From NCBI RefSeq assembly GCF_009914755.1, contig NC_060940.1: a stretch of 64,000 nt of DNA, one strand, 5' to 3'. The position numbers were made by a program, and so were the translations under genes. Shown piece after piece: positions 28,301-44,197 of the stretch; the stretch's first letter is position 1, and each line of letters starts with the position of its first letter. The notes under the pieces were generated by a model that saw nothing but the letters and a program-made list of their open reading frames with translations, had not been told where the DNA came from and ran no database searches. The DNA is from the human T2T-CHM13v2.0 reference genome, Homo sapiens.

Positions 28301-30893
28301 TCGTTTCCATTCCATGATGATTCCATTCCATTCCATTCAATGATTACATTCGATTCCGTTTGATGATGATTTCATTCGAGTCCATTTGATGATTCCATTT
28401 GATTCCATTCGATGATGATTCCATTCGATTCCATTCGATGATTCTATTCGAATCCATTTGATGATTTCTTTTGATTATAGTTGGTGATGATTCCATTGGA
28501 GTCCATTCAATGATTCCATTCGATTCCAATCGATGGTGATTCCATTAGAGTCCATTTAATGATTCCATTTGATTCCAGTCTCTGATGATTACATTCGAGT
28601 CCATACGATGATTCCACTCAATTCCATATGATGATGATTCCATTCGATTCCATTCGATGATTCCATTCTATTCTATTCAATGGTGATTCCATTCGAGTAC
28701 ATTAGATGATTCCATTCGATTCCATTCAATGATGATTCTATTTGTGTCCCTTAGATGATTCCACATGATTCCATTATATGATGATACTATTTCAGCCCAT
28801 CCAATTATTCCCTTCGATTCCATTCGATGAGGATTCCATTCGATTCAATTCATTGGTGATTCTATTCAATTCAATTCTTTGATTCCATTCCATTCCATTC
28901 GACAATGATTCCATTCGATTTCTTTCGATGATTCCACTCGATTCCACTTGACATTGATTCCCTTCGATTCCATTCAATGATTCCATTTGATTCCAGTGGA
29001 TGATGATTGCCATCGATTCCATTCGATCACTCCATTCTATTCCATTTGATGATGATTACATTCGATTCCATTTGACGATTCCATCTGATTCTATTCGAGG
29101 ATTCCATTTGATTCCATTCGATGATGATTCCATTCGAGTCCATTCGATGATTTCATTCGAGTACATCCAATGATTCCATTCGAGTCCATTTGATGATTCC
29201 GTTTGATTCCATTTGATAATGATTCTACTAGAGTCCATTCAATGACTCCATTCGAGTCCATTCAACAATTCCATTCGACTCCATTCGATGATTCCATTCG
29301 ATTCCATTTGATGGTTCCATTCGAGTCCATTTAATCATTACAGTCGAGTCCATTTGGTGATTCCACTGGATTTCTTTTGATAATGATACCATTCAATTAC
29401 ATTTGATGATGATCCCATTCAATTTCATTGGATGATGATTCCATTAGAGTCCATTCGATGATTTCATTCGAGTCCCTTCATTGATTCCATCCGATTTCAT
29501 TGGATGATGACTCCATTCGAGTCCATTCGATGATTCCACTCGATTCCATTAGATGACTCCATTGGAGTCCATTTGATTGTTCCATTCGATTCCATTCGAT
29601 TCCTTTCGAAGATTATTCCATTTGAGTCCATTCGATGATGATTCCATTCCATTCCATTCGATGATTCCGTTTGATTCCATTCGATGATTCCCTTCGATTC
29701 CTTTCTTTGATGATTCCATTCCATTCCATTCAATGATTCCATTCGAATCTATTCCATGATGATTCCTTTCGATTCCATTCGCTGATGTTTCCGTTCAATT
29801 CCATTCGATGATGATTCCATTCGATTCCATTCATTGAGGATTCCATTTGATTCCATTCAATGATGATTCCATTCTATTCCATTCAATGATTGCATTCAAT
29901 TCCATTCAATGATTATCCCATTAGAATAAACTCAACGATTCCATTCAATACCATTCGATGATGATTCCTTTTGAGTCCATTCAATGATTTCATTCAAGTC
30001 CATTTGATGATTCCTTTCAATTCCATTCTATGATGATTCCATTCGAGTCCATTCGATGATTCCATTCGATTGCATTCGATTATTCCATTATATTCCAGTC
30101 AACGGTGATTCCATTCGAGTCCATTCCATGATTCCATTAGAGTACATTTAATGATTGCTTTGTTTTCAATTCGAAGATGATTACATTGGATTCCATTCTA
30201 TGATACCATTCGATTCCATTCAATGATGATTCCACTCAAATCCATTGGATGATTCCATTCCTGTCCATTCGGTGATTTCATTAGATTCCATTCGAGGATG
30301 ATTCCATTCGATTCCATTCGATGATTCCATTCAATTCCATTCGATGATGATTCCATTCCAGTCCATATGATCATTCCATTTGATTTCATTCGATGATGAT
30401 TCCATTCGATTCGATTCGACGATTCCATTCTATTCCATTCGATGATGATTCCATTCGAGTCCATTCGATGATTCCATTCGAGTCCATTTAATGATTCCAT
30501 TGGGTTCAATTCAATGATGATTACATTGGATTCCGTTCTATGATTCCATTCAATTCCGTTCATTGACAATTTGATTCCATTCGATGATGATTCCATTTGA
30601 GTTCATTCGATGATTCTATTCGATTCTCTTCGATGGTGATTCAATTCTATTATATTGGATGATTCCATTCGATTCCATTTGATGTTGATTCAATTCGATT
30701 CTATTCGATGATGATTCCATTGGATTTCACTTGATGATTCTATTCGATTCCATTCAATGATGATTCACTTCTCGTCCACTGGATGATTCCATTTCATTCC
30801 ATTCGATGATGATTCCATTCGATTCCATTCGATGATTCCATTTGATTCCATGCGACGGTGAGCAATTCGATTCAATTCCATGATGATTCTATT

Positions 30894-30904
30894 TGATTCA
30901 ATTA
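30894..30904 (-). promoter_or_regulatory. DUX4 consensus motif TAATTGAATCA (putative)
   Basis: TGATTCAATTA in segment F. Confidence 0.5.
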
Positions 30905-31670
30905 GATGATGTTTCCATTCGAATCCATTCCATGATTATTCCATTGGAATCCATTCGGCGATGATTCCATATGAGTCAATTCAATGATGATTCCATATGG
31001 GTCCGTTCGATGATAATTCCATTTGATTTCATTCGATGCTTCTATTCTATTCCAGTCGATGATGATTCCGTTGGAGTCCATACGATGATTCCATTTGATT
31101 TCATTTGATGATGATTCCATTCGATGATGATTACATTGGATTCCATTCTATGATTCCATTCAATTCCATTCGTTGATGATTCGATTCCATTCAATGATGA
31201 TTCCATTTGAGTTCATTCGATGATTCTATTCGATTCCGTTCGATGGTGATTCAATTCTATTATATTGGATGATTCCACTCGATTCCATTTGATGATTATT
31301 CCATTGGAGTCCACTTAGTGAATCCTTTAGATTCTACTCGACGATGATTCCATTCGAGTCCATTCGATGATACCATTCAATTCCATTCGTTGATGCTTCC
31401 ATTCAAGTGCATTCGATGATATCATTCGATTCCATTTGATGATAATTCCATTTGATTCCATGCGATGATTCTATTCGATTCCATTCAATGATAATTCCAT
31501 TCAATTCAGTGATTCCTCTGGACTCCATTTGATGATGATTCCATTCAATGATTCCATTCGATTCTATTCGAAAATGATTCCATTTGAATCCATTTGATGA
31601 TGATTCCATTAGATTCCATTTGATGATTCCATTCGATTCCATTCGACGATGATTCCATTCGATTCCGTTT

Positions 31671-34600
31671 GATGATTCCATTCTATTCTATTCGATGATG
31701 ATTCCATTCGATTCCATTCGATGATGATTGGATTCGATTCCATTTGATGATTTCATTTGATTCCATTCGTTAATGATTTCGATCAATTCCATTCGATGAT
31801 TCCATTCGATTCCATTCAATAATGATTACATCCGAGTCCATTCGATGATTCCCTTTGAGCCTGTTCGATAATTCCATTTGAGTCCAACCAATGATTCCAT
31901 TCATTTCCATTCAATGATTCCATTCGAGTCCATTTGATCATTCCGGTAGGGTCCATTCGATGTTGATTCCATTGGAGTGCATTCGATGATTCCATTCGAG
32001 TCCATTTTAGGATTTGATTCGAGTCCTTTCGATGATTCCATTCGATTCCACTCGATGATTTCATTCGAGTCCATTTGACACTTCCAATCGATTCCATTTG
32101 ATGATTCCATTCGAGTCCAATTGATGATTCCATTCAATTCCATTCGATGATGATTCCGTACAATTCCATTCTGTGATGATTCCATGTGATTGCATTCAAT
32201 GATGATTCCTTTCGATTGCATTCGATTATGATTCATTTCGTGTTCATTCTATGGTTCCACAGGTTTCCATTCGTGTCCATTCCATTATTCCATTCTATTC
32301 CATTTGATGATGATTCCATTCGATTCCATTCATTGGTGATTCCACTCAATTCCATTCAATGATTCCATTCCATTTCTTTCAACAATGATTCCATTAGTTT
32401 CTAATCGATGATCCACTTGATTCCATTTGACGACGATTCCATTCTTGTCCATTCGATGATTCCATTTGATTCCATATGATGATGATTCCATTCGATTCCA
32501 TACCATGATGATTCCATTCGAGTCCATTCAATGGTGATTCCATTCAATTCCATTCGATGATTCCTTTTGATTCCATTCGATGATGATTGCATTCGATTCC
32601 TTTCAATCATTCCCTTTGATTCCATTCAAAAGTGATTTCATTCAAGTCCATTCGATAATTGCATTCGATTCCATTCTATGATGATTCCATTCGAGTCCAT
32701 TTGATGATTCCATTCAATTCAAGTCAATGATGATTCCATTCGATTCCATTCGATGATTCCATTGGATTCCATTCGATGATGATTCCATTCAAATCCATTC
32801 GATAATTCAATTCAAGTCCATTCGATGATGATTCCAATCGAATCCATTCAAAGATTCCATTCAGTTCCATTCGATGATTCCCTTAGATTCCATTCGATGA
32901 TTCCACTTGATTGCATTTACGATGATTCCATTCGATTCCATGTGATGATTCCATTCAATTCTATTCAATGATGTCTCCATTTGATTCCATTCGACCATGA
33001 TTGCCTTTGATTCCATTCAATGATTCCATTCGGTTCCGTTTGATGATGATTCCGTTCGATTCCATTTGATGATTCCATTTGATTCCATTGGATGAGTCCA
33101 TTCGATTACATTCGATGATTATTCCATTCGAGTGCATTAGATGATTCCATTCGAGTCCATTCGATGATTCCATTCGATTCCATTCGATGTTGATTCTGTT
33201 CAAATCCATTCGATGATTCCACTCGATTCCATTCGTTGACTCCATTTGATCCCATTCGATGATTTCCTTTGATTCCCTTTGATGATCATTCCATTTGATT
33301 CAATTCGGTGATTTCATTTGATTCCATTCAGTGATGTTTCCATTCGACTCCATTCGATGATGATTCCATTCGACTCCATTCGATTATGATTTCATTCAAT
33401 TCCATTCGATAATGATTCCCTTCGAGTCCATTCGATGATTCCATTCGATTCCATTCAACGATGATTTGATTCGTGTCCATTCGATGATTCCATTTGATTC
33501 CACTTGATGATGATTCCATTCGAGTCCATTTGATGATTCCATTCAATTCCATACTCCGATGATTTCTTTTGAGCCCACTCAATGCTTCCACTCGATTCCA
33601 TATGATGATGACTCCATTCGATGAAATTCGATGATGATTCCATTCGCTTGCTTTCGATGATGATTCCACTTGAGTCCGTTAGAAGATTCTATTCAATTAC
33701 ATTCCATGACGATTCCGTTCGAGTCCATTTGATGATTCCATTAGACTCCATTCGACGATGATTCCATTCGATGTTATTCGATGATTCCATTCGATCTCAT
33801 TCGATGATGATTCCATTCAACTCCATTCGATGTTTCCATTCGAGTTCATTCTATTATTCCATTAGATTCCATTCGATGATGATTCCATTCGATTCCATTT
33901 GATGATTGCATTCTATTTCATTTGATGATGATTCCATTCGAGTCCACTCGATGATTCCATTCGAGTCCATTTAATGAATCCATTGGTTTCAATTCTATGA
34001 TGATTACATTGGATTCCATTCGTTGATGATTTCATTCGGTTCCATTCAAGGATGATTCCATTCAATTCCTTTCAATGTTTCCATTCAATTCCATACGATG
34101 ATGATTCCATTTGATTTGATTCGACAGTGAGCCATTCGATTCAATTCCATGATGATTCTATTTGATTCAATTGGTTGACATTTCCATTCGATTCCATTCG
34201 ATGATGATTCCCTTTGATTCCGTTCAAAGATGATTCCATTCTAGCCCATTCAATCATTCCATTCGATTCTATTCAATGATGATTCCATTCATGTCGATTT
34301 GGTGATTCCATTTGACTTCATTTGATGATGATTCCTTTCAAGTTCATTAGATGATTCCATTCGATTCCATTTGATGATGATCCCATTCGAGTCCATTCAG
34401 TGATTCCATTCGTTTCCATTCCATGATGATTCCATTCCTTTCCATTCAATGATTCCATTCGATTCCGTTTGATGATGATTTCATTCGAGTCCATTTGATG
34501 ATTCCATTTGATTCCATTCGATGATGATTCCATTCGAGTCCATTCGATGATTCTATTCGAATCCATTTGATGATTTCTTTTGATTATATTTGGTGATGAT

Positions 34601-37600
34601 TCCATTGGAGTCCATTCAATGATTCCATTCTATTCCAATCGATGATGATTCCATTAGAGTCCATTTAATGATTCCATTTGATTCCAGTCTCTGATGATTA
34701 CATTCGAGTCCATACGATGATTCCACTCAATTCCATATGATGATGATTCCATTTGATTCCATTCGGTGATTCCATTCTATTCTATTCAATGGTGATTCCA
34801 TTCGAGTACATTAGATGATTCCATTCGATTCCATTCAATGATGATTCTATTTGTGTCCCTTAGATGATTCCACATGATTCCATTAGATGATGATACTATT
34901 TGAGCCCATCCAATGATTCCCTTCGATTCCATTCGATGAGGATTCCATTCGATTCAATTCATTGGTGATTCTATTCAATTCAATTCTTTGATTCCATTCC
35001 ATTCCATTCGACAATGATTCCATTCGATTTCTTTCGATGATTCCACTCGATTCCACTTGACATTGATTCCATTCGATTCCATTCAATGATTCCATTTGAT
35101 TCCAGTGGATGATGATTGCCATCGATTCCATTCGATCACTCCATTCTATTCCATTTGATGATGATTACATTCGATTCCATTTGATGATTCCATCTGATTC
35201 TATTCGAGGATTCCATTTGATTCCATTCGATGATGATTCCATTCGAGTCCATTCGATGATTTCATTCGAGTACATCCAATGATTCCATTCGAGTCCATTA
35301 GATGATTCCATTTGATTCCATTTGAAAATGATTCTACTAGAGTCCATTCAATGACTCCATTCGAGTCCATTCAACAATTCCATTCGACTCCATTCGATGA
35401 TTCCATTCGATTCCATTTGATGGTTCCATTCGAGTCCATTTAATCATTACAGTCGAGTCCATTTGGTGATTCCACTGGATTTCTTTTGATAATGATACCA
35501 TTCAATTACATTTGATGATGATCCCATTCAATTTCATTGGATGATGATTCCATTAGAGTCCATTCGATGATTTCATTCGAGTCCCTTCATTGATTCCATC
35601 CGATTTCATTGGATGATGACTCCATTCCAGTCCATTCGATGATTCCAATCGATTCCATTAGATGACTCCATTGGAGTCCATTTGATTGTTCCATTCGATT
35701 CCATTCGATTCCTTTCGAAGATTATTCCATTTGAGTCCATTCGATGATGATTCCATTCCATTCCATTCGATGATTCCGTTTGATTCCATTCGATGATTCC
35801 CTTCGATTCCTTTCTTTGATGATTCCATTCCATTCCATTCAATGATTCCATTCGAATCTATTCCATGATGATTCCTTTCGATTCCATTCGCTGATGTTTC
35901 CGTTCAATTCCATTCGATGATGATTCCATTCGATTCCATTCATTGAGGATTCCATTTGATTCCATTCAATGATGATTCCATTCTATTCCATTCAATGATT
36001 GCATTCAATTCCATTCAATGATTATCCCCTTAGAGTAAACTCAACGATTCCATTCAATACCATTCGATGATGATTCCTTTTGAGTCCATTCAATGATTTC
36101 ATTCAAGTCCATTTGATGATTCCTTTCAATTCCATTCTATGATGATTCCATTCGAGTCCATTCGATGATTCCATTCGATTGCATTCGATGATTCCATTAT
36201 ATTCCATTCAACGGTGATTCCATTCGAGTCCATTCCATGATTCCATTAGAGTACATTTAATGATTGCTTTGTTTTCAATTCGAAGATGATTACATTGGAT
36301 TCCATTCTATGATACCATTCGATTCCATTCAATGATGATTCCACTCAAATCCATTGGATGATTCCATTCGTGTCCATTCGGTGATTTCATTAGATTCCAT
36401 TCGAGGATGATTCCATTCGATTCCATTCGATGATTCCATTCTATTCTATTCGATGATGATTCCATTCGATTCCATTCGATGATGATTGGATTCGATTCCA
36501 TTTGATGATTTCATTTGATTCCATTCGTTAATGATTTCGATCAATTCCATTCGATGATTCCATTCGATTCCATTCAATAATGATTACATCCGAGTCCATT
36601 CGATGATTCCCTTTGAGCCTGTTCGATAATTCCATTTGAGTCCAACCAATGATTCCATTCATTTCCATTCAATGATTCCATTCGAGTCCATTTGATCATT
36701 CCGGTAGGGTCCATTCGATGTTGATTCCATTGGAGTGCATTCGATGATTCCATTCGAGTCCATTTTAGGATTTGATTCGAGTCCTTTCGATGATTCCATT
36801 CGATTCCACTCGATGATTTCATTCGAGTCCATTTGACACTTCCAATCGATTCCATTTGATGATTCCATTCGAGTCCAATTGATGATTCCATTCAATTCCA
36901 TTCGATGATGATTCCGTACAATTCCATTCTGTGATGATTCCATGTGATTGCATTCAATGATGATTCCTTTCGATTGCATTCGATTATGATTCATTTCGTG
37001 TTCATTCTATGGTTCCACAGGTTTCCATTCGTGTCCATTCCATTATTCCATTCTATTCCATTTGATGATGATTCCATTCGATTCCATTCATTGGTGATTC
37101 CACTCAATTCCATTCAATGATTCCATTCCATTTCTTTCAACAATGATTCCATTAGTTTCTAATCGATGATCCACTTGATTCCATTTGACGACGATTCCAT
37201 TCTTGTCCATTCGATGATTCCATTTGATTCCATATGATGATGATTCCATTCGATTCCATACCATGATGATTCCATTCGAGTCCATTCAATGGTGATTCCA
37301 TTCAATTCCATTCGATGATTCCTTTTGATTCCATTCGATGATGATTGCATTCGATTCCTTTCAATCATTCCCTTTGATTCCATTCAAAAGTGATTTCATT
37401 CAAGTCCATTCGATAATTGCATTCGATTCCATTCTATGATGATTCCATTCGAGTCCATTTGATGATTCCATTCAATTCAAGTCAATGATGATTCCATTCG
37501 ATTCCATTCGATGATTCCATTGGATTCCATTCGATGATGATTCCATTCAAATCCATTCGATAATTCAATTCAAGTCCATTCGATGATGATTCCAATCGAA

Positions 37601-40600
37601 TCCATTCAAAGATTCCATTCAGTTCCATTCGATGATTCCCTTAGATTCCATTCGATGATTCCACTTGATTGCATTTACGATGATTCCATTCGATTCCATG
37701 TGATGATTCCATTCAATTCTATTCAATGATGTCTCCATTTGATTCCATTCGACCATGATTGCCTTTGATTCCATTCAATGATTCCATTCGGTTCCGTTTG
37801 ATGATGATTCCGTTCGATTCCATTTGATGATTCCATTTGATTCCATTGGATGAGTCCATTCGATTACATTCGATGATTATTCCATTCGAGTGCATTAGAT
37901 GATTCCATTCGAGTCCATTCGATGATTCCATTCGATTCCATTCGATGTTGATTCTGTTCAAATCCATTCGATGATTCCACTCGATTCCATTCGTTGACTC
38001 CATTTGATCCCATTCGATGATTTCCTTTGATTCCCTTTGATGATCATTCCATTTGATTCAATTCGGTGATTTCATTTGATTCCATTCAGTGATGTTTCCA
38101 TTCGACTCCATTCGATGATGATTCCATTCGACTCCATTCGATTATGATTTCATTCAATTCCATTCGATAATGATTCCCTTCGAGTCCATTCGATGATTCC
38201 ATTCGATTCCATTCAACGATGATTTGATTCGTGTCCATTCGATGATTCCATTTGATTCCACTTGATGATGATTCCATTCGAGTCCATTTGATGATTCCAT
38301 TCAATTCCATACTCCGATGATTTCTTTTGAGCCCACTCAATGCTTCCACTCGATTCCATATGATGATGACTCCATTCGATGAAATTCGATGATGATTCCA
38401 TTCGCTTGCTTTCGATGATGATTCCACTTGAGTCCGTTAGAAGATTCTATTCAATTACATTCCATGACGATTCCGTTCGAGTCCATTTGATGATTCCATT
38501 AGACTCCATTCGACGATGATTCCATTCGATGTTATTCGATGATTCCATTCGATCTCATTCGATGATGATTCCATTCAACTCCATTCGATGTTTCCATTCG
38601 AGTTCATTCTATTATTCCATTAGATTCCATTCGATGATGATTCCATTCGATTCCATTTGATGATTGCATTCTATTTCATTTGATGATGATTCCATTCGAG
38701 TCCACTCGATGATTCCATTCGAGTCCATTTAATGAATCCATTGGTTTCAATTCTATGATGATTACATTGGATTCCATTCGTTGATGATTTCATTCGGTTC
38801 CATTCAAGGATGATTCCATTCAATTCCTTTCAATGTTTCCATTCAATTCCATACGATGATGATTCCATTTGATTTGATTCGACAGTGAGCCATTCGATTC
38901 AATTCCATGATGATTCTATTTGATTCAATTGGTTGACATTTCCATTCGATTCCATTCGATGATGATTCCCTTTGATTCCGTTCAAAGATGATTCCATTCT
39001 AGCCCATTCAATCATTCCATTCGATTCTATTCAATGATGATTCCATTCATGTCGATTTGGTGATTCCATTTGACTTCATTTGATGATGATTCCTTTCAAG
39101 TTCATTAGATGATTCCATTCGATTCCATTTGATGATGATCCCATTCGAGTCCATTCAGTGATTCCATTCGTTTCCATTCCATGATGATTCCATTCCTTTC
39201 CATTCAATGATTCCATTCGATTCCGTTTGATGATGATTTCATTCGAGTCCATTTGATGATTCCATTTGATTCCATTCGATGATGATTCCATTCGAGTCCA
39301 TTCGATGATTCTATTCGAATCCATTTGATGATTTCTTTTGATTATATTTGGTGATGATTCCATTGGAGTCCATTCAATGATTCCATTCTATTCCAATCGA
39401 TGATGATTCCATTAGAGTCCATTTAATGATTCCATTTGATTCCAGTCTCTGATGATTACATTCGAGTCCATACGATGATTCCACTCAATTCCATATGATG
39501 ATGATTCCATTTGATTCCATTCGGTGATTCCATTCTATTCTATTCAATGGTGATTCCATTCGAGTACATTAGATGATTCCATTCGATTCCATTCAATGAT
39601 GATTCTATTTGTGTCCCTTAGATGATTCCACATGATTCCATTAGATGATGATACTATTTGAGCCCATCCAATGATTCCCTTCGATTCCATTCGATGAGGA
39701 TTCCATTCGATTCAATTCATTGGTGATTCTATTCAATTCAATTCTTTGATTCCATTCCATTCCATTCGACAATGATTCCATTCGATTTCTTTCGATGATT
39801 CCACTCGATTCCACTTGACATTGATTCCATTCGATTCCATTCAATGATTCCATTTGATTCCAGTGGATGATGATTGCCATCGATTCCATTCGATCACTCC
39901 ATTCTATTCCATTTGATGATGATTACATTCGATTCCATTTGATGATTCCATCTGATTCTATTCGAGGATTCCATTTGATTCCATTCGATGATGATTCCAT
40001 TCGAGTCCATTCGATGATTTCATTCGAGTACATCCAATGATTCCATTCGAGTCCATTAGATGATTCCATTTGATTCCATTTGAAAATGATTCTACTAGAG
40101 TCCATTCAATGACTCCATTCGAGTCCATTCAACAATTCCATTCGACTCCATTCGATGATTCCATTCGATTCCATTTGATGGTTCCATTCGAGTCCATTTA
40201 ATCATTACAGTCGAGTCCATTTGGTGATTCCACTGGATTTCTTTTGATAATGATACCATTCAATTACATTTGATGATGATCCCATTCAATTTCATTGGAT
40301 GATGATTCCATTAGAGTCCATTCGATGATTTCATTCGAGTCCCTTCATTGATTCCATCCGATTTCATTGGATGATGACTCCATTCGAGTCCATTCGATGA
40401 TTCCAATCGATTCCATTAGATGACTCCATTGGAGTCCATTTGATTGTTCCATTCGATTCCATTCGATTCCTTTCGAAGATTATTCCATTTGAGTCCATTC
40501 GATGATGATTCCATTCCATTCCATTCGATGATTCCGTTTGATTCCATTCGATGATTCCCTTCGATTCCTTTCTTTGATGATTCCATTCCATTCCATTCAA

Positions 40601-41186
40601 TGATTCCATTCGAATCTATTCCATGATGATTCCTTTCGATTCCATTCGCTGATGTTTCCGTTCAATTCCATTCGATGATGATTCCATTCGATTCCATTCA
40701 TTGAGGATTCCATTTGATTCCATTCAATGATGATTCCATTCTATTCCATTCAATGATTGCATTCAATTCCATTCAATGATTATCCCCTTAGAGTAAACTC
40801 AACGATTCCATTCAATACCATTCGATGATGATTCCTTTTGAGTCCATTCAATGATTTCATTCAAGTCCATTTGATGATTCCTTTCAATTCCATTCTATGA
40901 TGATTCCATTCGAGTCCATTCGATGATTCCATTCGATTGCATTCGATGATTCCATTATATTCCATTCAACGGTGATTCCATTCGAGTCCATTCCATGATT
41001 CCATTAGAGTACATTTAATGATTGCTTTGTTTTCAATTCGAAGATGATTACATTGGATTCCATTCTATGATACCATTCGATTCCATTCAATGATGATTCC
41101 ACTCAAATCCATTGGATGATTCCATTCGTGTCCATTCGGTGATTTCATTAGATTCCATTCGAGGATGATTCCATTCGATTCCATTC
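31671..41186 (+). repeat. Tandem duplication of 4758 bp (31671-36428 and 36429-41186)
   Basis: Landmarks at +4758: 31816/36574, 32330/37088, 32961/37719, 33328/38086, 34318/39076, 35606/40364, 36307/41065. The junction lies in the 13-bp microhomology GATGATTCCATTC (36429-36441). Confidence 0.9.
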
Positions 41187-44100
41187 GATGATTCCATTCA
41201 ATTCCATTCGATGATGATTCCATTCCAGTCCATATGATCATTCCATTTGATTTCATTCGATGATGATTCCATTCGATTCCATTCGACGATTCCATTCTAT
41301 TCCATTCGATGATGATTCCATTCGAGTCCATTCGATGATTCCATTCGAGTCCATTTAATGATTCCATTGGGTTCAATTCAATGATGATTACATTGGATTC
41401 CGTTCTATGATTCCATTCAATTCCGTTCATTGACAATTTGATTCCATTCGATGATGATTCCATTTGAGTTCATTCGATGATTCTATTCGATTCTCTTCGA
41501 TGGTGATTCAATTCTATTATATTGGATGATTCCATTCGATTCCATTTGATGTTGATTCAATTCGATTCTATTCGATGATGATTCCATTGGATTTCACTTG
41601 ATGATTCTATTCGATTCCATTCAATGATGATTCACTTCTCGTCCATTGGATGATTCCATTTCATTCCATTCGATGATGATTCCATTCGATTCCATTCGAT
41701 GATTCCATTTGATTCCATGCGACGGTGAGCAATTCGATTCAATTCCATGATGATTCTATTTGATTCAATTAGATGATGTTTCCATTCGAATCCATTCCAT
41801 GATTATTCCATTGGAATCCATTCGGCGATGATTCCATATGAGTCAATTCAATGATGATTCCATATGGGTCCGTTCGATGATAATTCCATTTGATTTCATT
41901 CGATGCTTCTATTCTATTCCAGTCGATGATGATTCCGTTGGAGTCCATACGATGATTCCATTTGATTTCATTTGATGATGATTCCATTCGATGATGATTA
42001 CATTGGATTCCATTCTATGATTCCATTCAATTCCATTCGTTGATGATTCGATTCCATTCAATGATGATTCCATTTGAGTTCATTCGATGATTCTATTCGA
42101 TTCCGTTCGATGGTGATTCAATTCTATTATATTGGATGATTCCACTCGATTCCATTTGATGATTATTCCATTGGAGTCCACTTAGTGAATCCTTTAGATT
42201 CTACTCGACGATGATTCCATTCGAGTCCATTCGATGATACCATTCAATTCCATTCGTTGATGCTTCCATTCAAGTGCATTCGATGATATCATTCGATTCC
42301 ATTTGATGATAATTCCATTTGATTCCATGCGGTGATTCTATTCGATTCCATTCAATGATAATTCCATTCAATTCAGTGATTCCTCTGGACTCCATTTGAT
42401 GATGATTCCATTCAATGATTCCATTCGATTCTATTCGAAAATGATTCCATTTGAATCCATTTGATGATGATTCCATTAGATTCCATTTGATGATTCCATT
42501 CGATTCCATTCGACGATGATTCCATTCGATTCCGTTTGATGATTCCATTCTATTCTATTCGATGATGATTCCATTCGATTCCATTCGATGATGATTGGAT
42601 TCGATTCCATTTGATGATTTCATTTGATTCCATTCGTTAATGATTTCGATCAATTCCATTCGATGATTCCATTCGATTCCATTCGATAATGATTACATCC
42701 GAGTCCATTCGATGATTCCCTTTGAGCCTGTTCGATAATTCCATTTGAGTCCAACCAATGATTCCATTCATTTCCATTCAATGATTCCATTCGAGTCCAT
42801 TTGATCATTCCGGTAGGGTCCATTCGATGTTGATTCCATTGGAGTGCATTCGATGATTCCATTCGAGTCCATTTTAGGATTTGATTCGAGTCCTTTCGAT
42901 GATTCCATTCGATTCCACTCGATGATGATTTCATTCGAGTCCATTCGACACTTCCAATCGATTCCATTTGATGATTCCATTCGAGTCCAATTGATGATTC
43001 CATTCAATTCCATTCGATGATGATTCCGTACAATTCCATTCTGTGATGATTCCATGTGATTGCATTCAATGATGATTCCTTTCGATTGCATTCGATTATG
43101 ATTCATTTCGTGTTCATTCTATGGTTCCACAGGTTTCCATTCGTGTCCATTCCATTATTCCATTCTATTCCATTTGATGATGATTCCATTCGATTCCATT
43201 CATTGGTGATTCCACTCAATTCCATTCAATGATTCCATTCCATTTCTTTCAACAATGATTCCATTAGTTTCTAATCGATGATCCACTTGATTCCATTTGA
43301 CGACGATTCCATTCTTGTCCATTCGATGATTCCATTTGATTCCATATGATGATGATTCCATTCGATTCCATACCATGATGATTCCATTCGAGTCCATTCA
43401 ATGGTGATTCCATTCAATTCCATTCGATGATTCCTTTCGATTCCATTCGATGATGATGGCATTCGATTCCTTTCAATCATTCCCTTTGATTCCATTCCGA
43501 GGTGATTTCATTCAAGTCCATTCGATAATTGCATTCGATTCCATTCTATGATGATTCCATTCGAGTCCATTTGATGATTCCATTCAATTCAAGTCAATGA
43601 TGATTCCATTCGATTCCATTCGATGATTCCATTGGATTCCATTCGATGATGATTCCATTCAAATCCATTCGATAATTCAATTCAAGTCCATTCGATGATG
43701 ATTCCAATCGAATCCATTCAAAGATTCCATTCAGTTCCATTCGATGATTCCCTTAGATTCCATTCGATGATTCCACTTGATTGCATTTACGATGATTCCA
43801 TTCGATTCCATGTGATGATTCCATTCAATTCTATTCAATGATGTCTCCATTTGATTCCATTCGACCATGATTGCCTTTGATTCCATTCAATGATTCCATT
43901 CGGTTCCGTTTGATGATGATTCCGTTCGATTCCATTTGATGATTCCATTTGATTCCATTGGATGAGTCCATTCGATTACATTCGATGATTATTCCATTCG
44001 AGTGCATTAGATGATTCCATTCGAGTCCATTCGATGATTCCATTCGATTCCATTCGATGTTGATTCTGTTCAAATCCATTCGATGATTCCACTCGATTCC

Positions 44101-44197
44101 ATTCGTTGACTCCATTTGATCCCATTCGATGATTTCCTTTGATTCCCTTTGATGATCATTCCATTTGATTCAATTCGGTGATTTCATTTGATTCCAT
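38086..44197 (+). repeat. One complete 6112-bp HSat2 repeat unit (used as reference; landmark order A-B-C-D-E-F-G-H-I-J)
   Basis: Landmarks recur at +6112: 37088/43200, 37719/43831, 38086/44198, 39076/45188, 39641/45753. Landmark low coordinates in this unit: A 38086, B 39076, C 39641, D 40364, E 41065, F 41769, G 42270, H ~42650-43100 (GGTAGGGTCC), I 43200, J 43831. Confidence 0.92.
41761..41771 (-). promoter_or_regulatory. DUX4 consensus motif TAATTGAATCA (putative)
   Basis: TGATTCAATTA in segment F. Confidence 0.5.

Larger units (their letters stand above)
22257..33327 (+). repeat. Two adjacent ~5.5-kb units (5532 and 5539 bp) sharing a 570-bp A-B deletion
   Basis: The A-to-B distance is 420 bp versus 990 bp in the reference. 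Junction GATGAAATTC(A/G)ATGATGATTCCCTTTGATTCCATTCAAAG occurs at ~22560 and ~28090. Confidence 0.85.
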
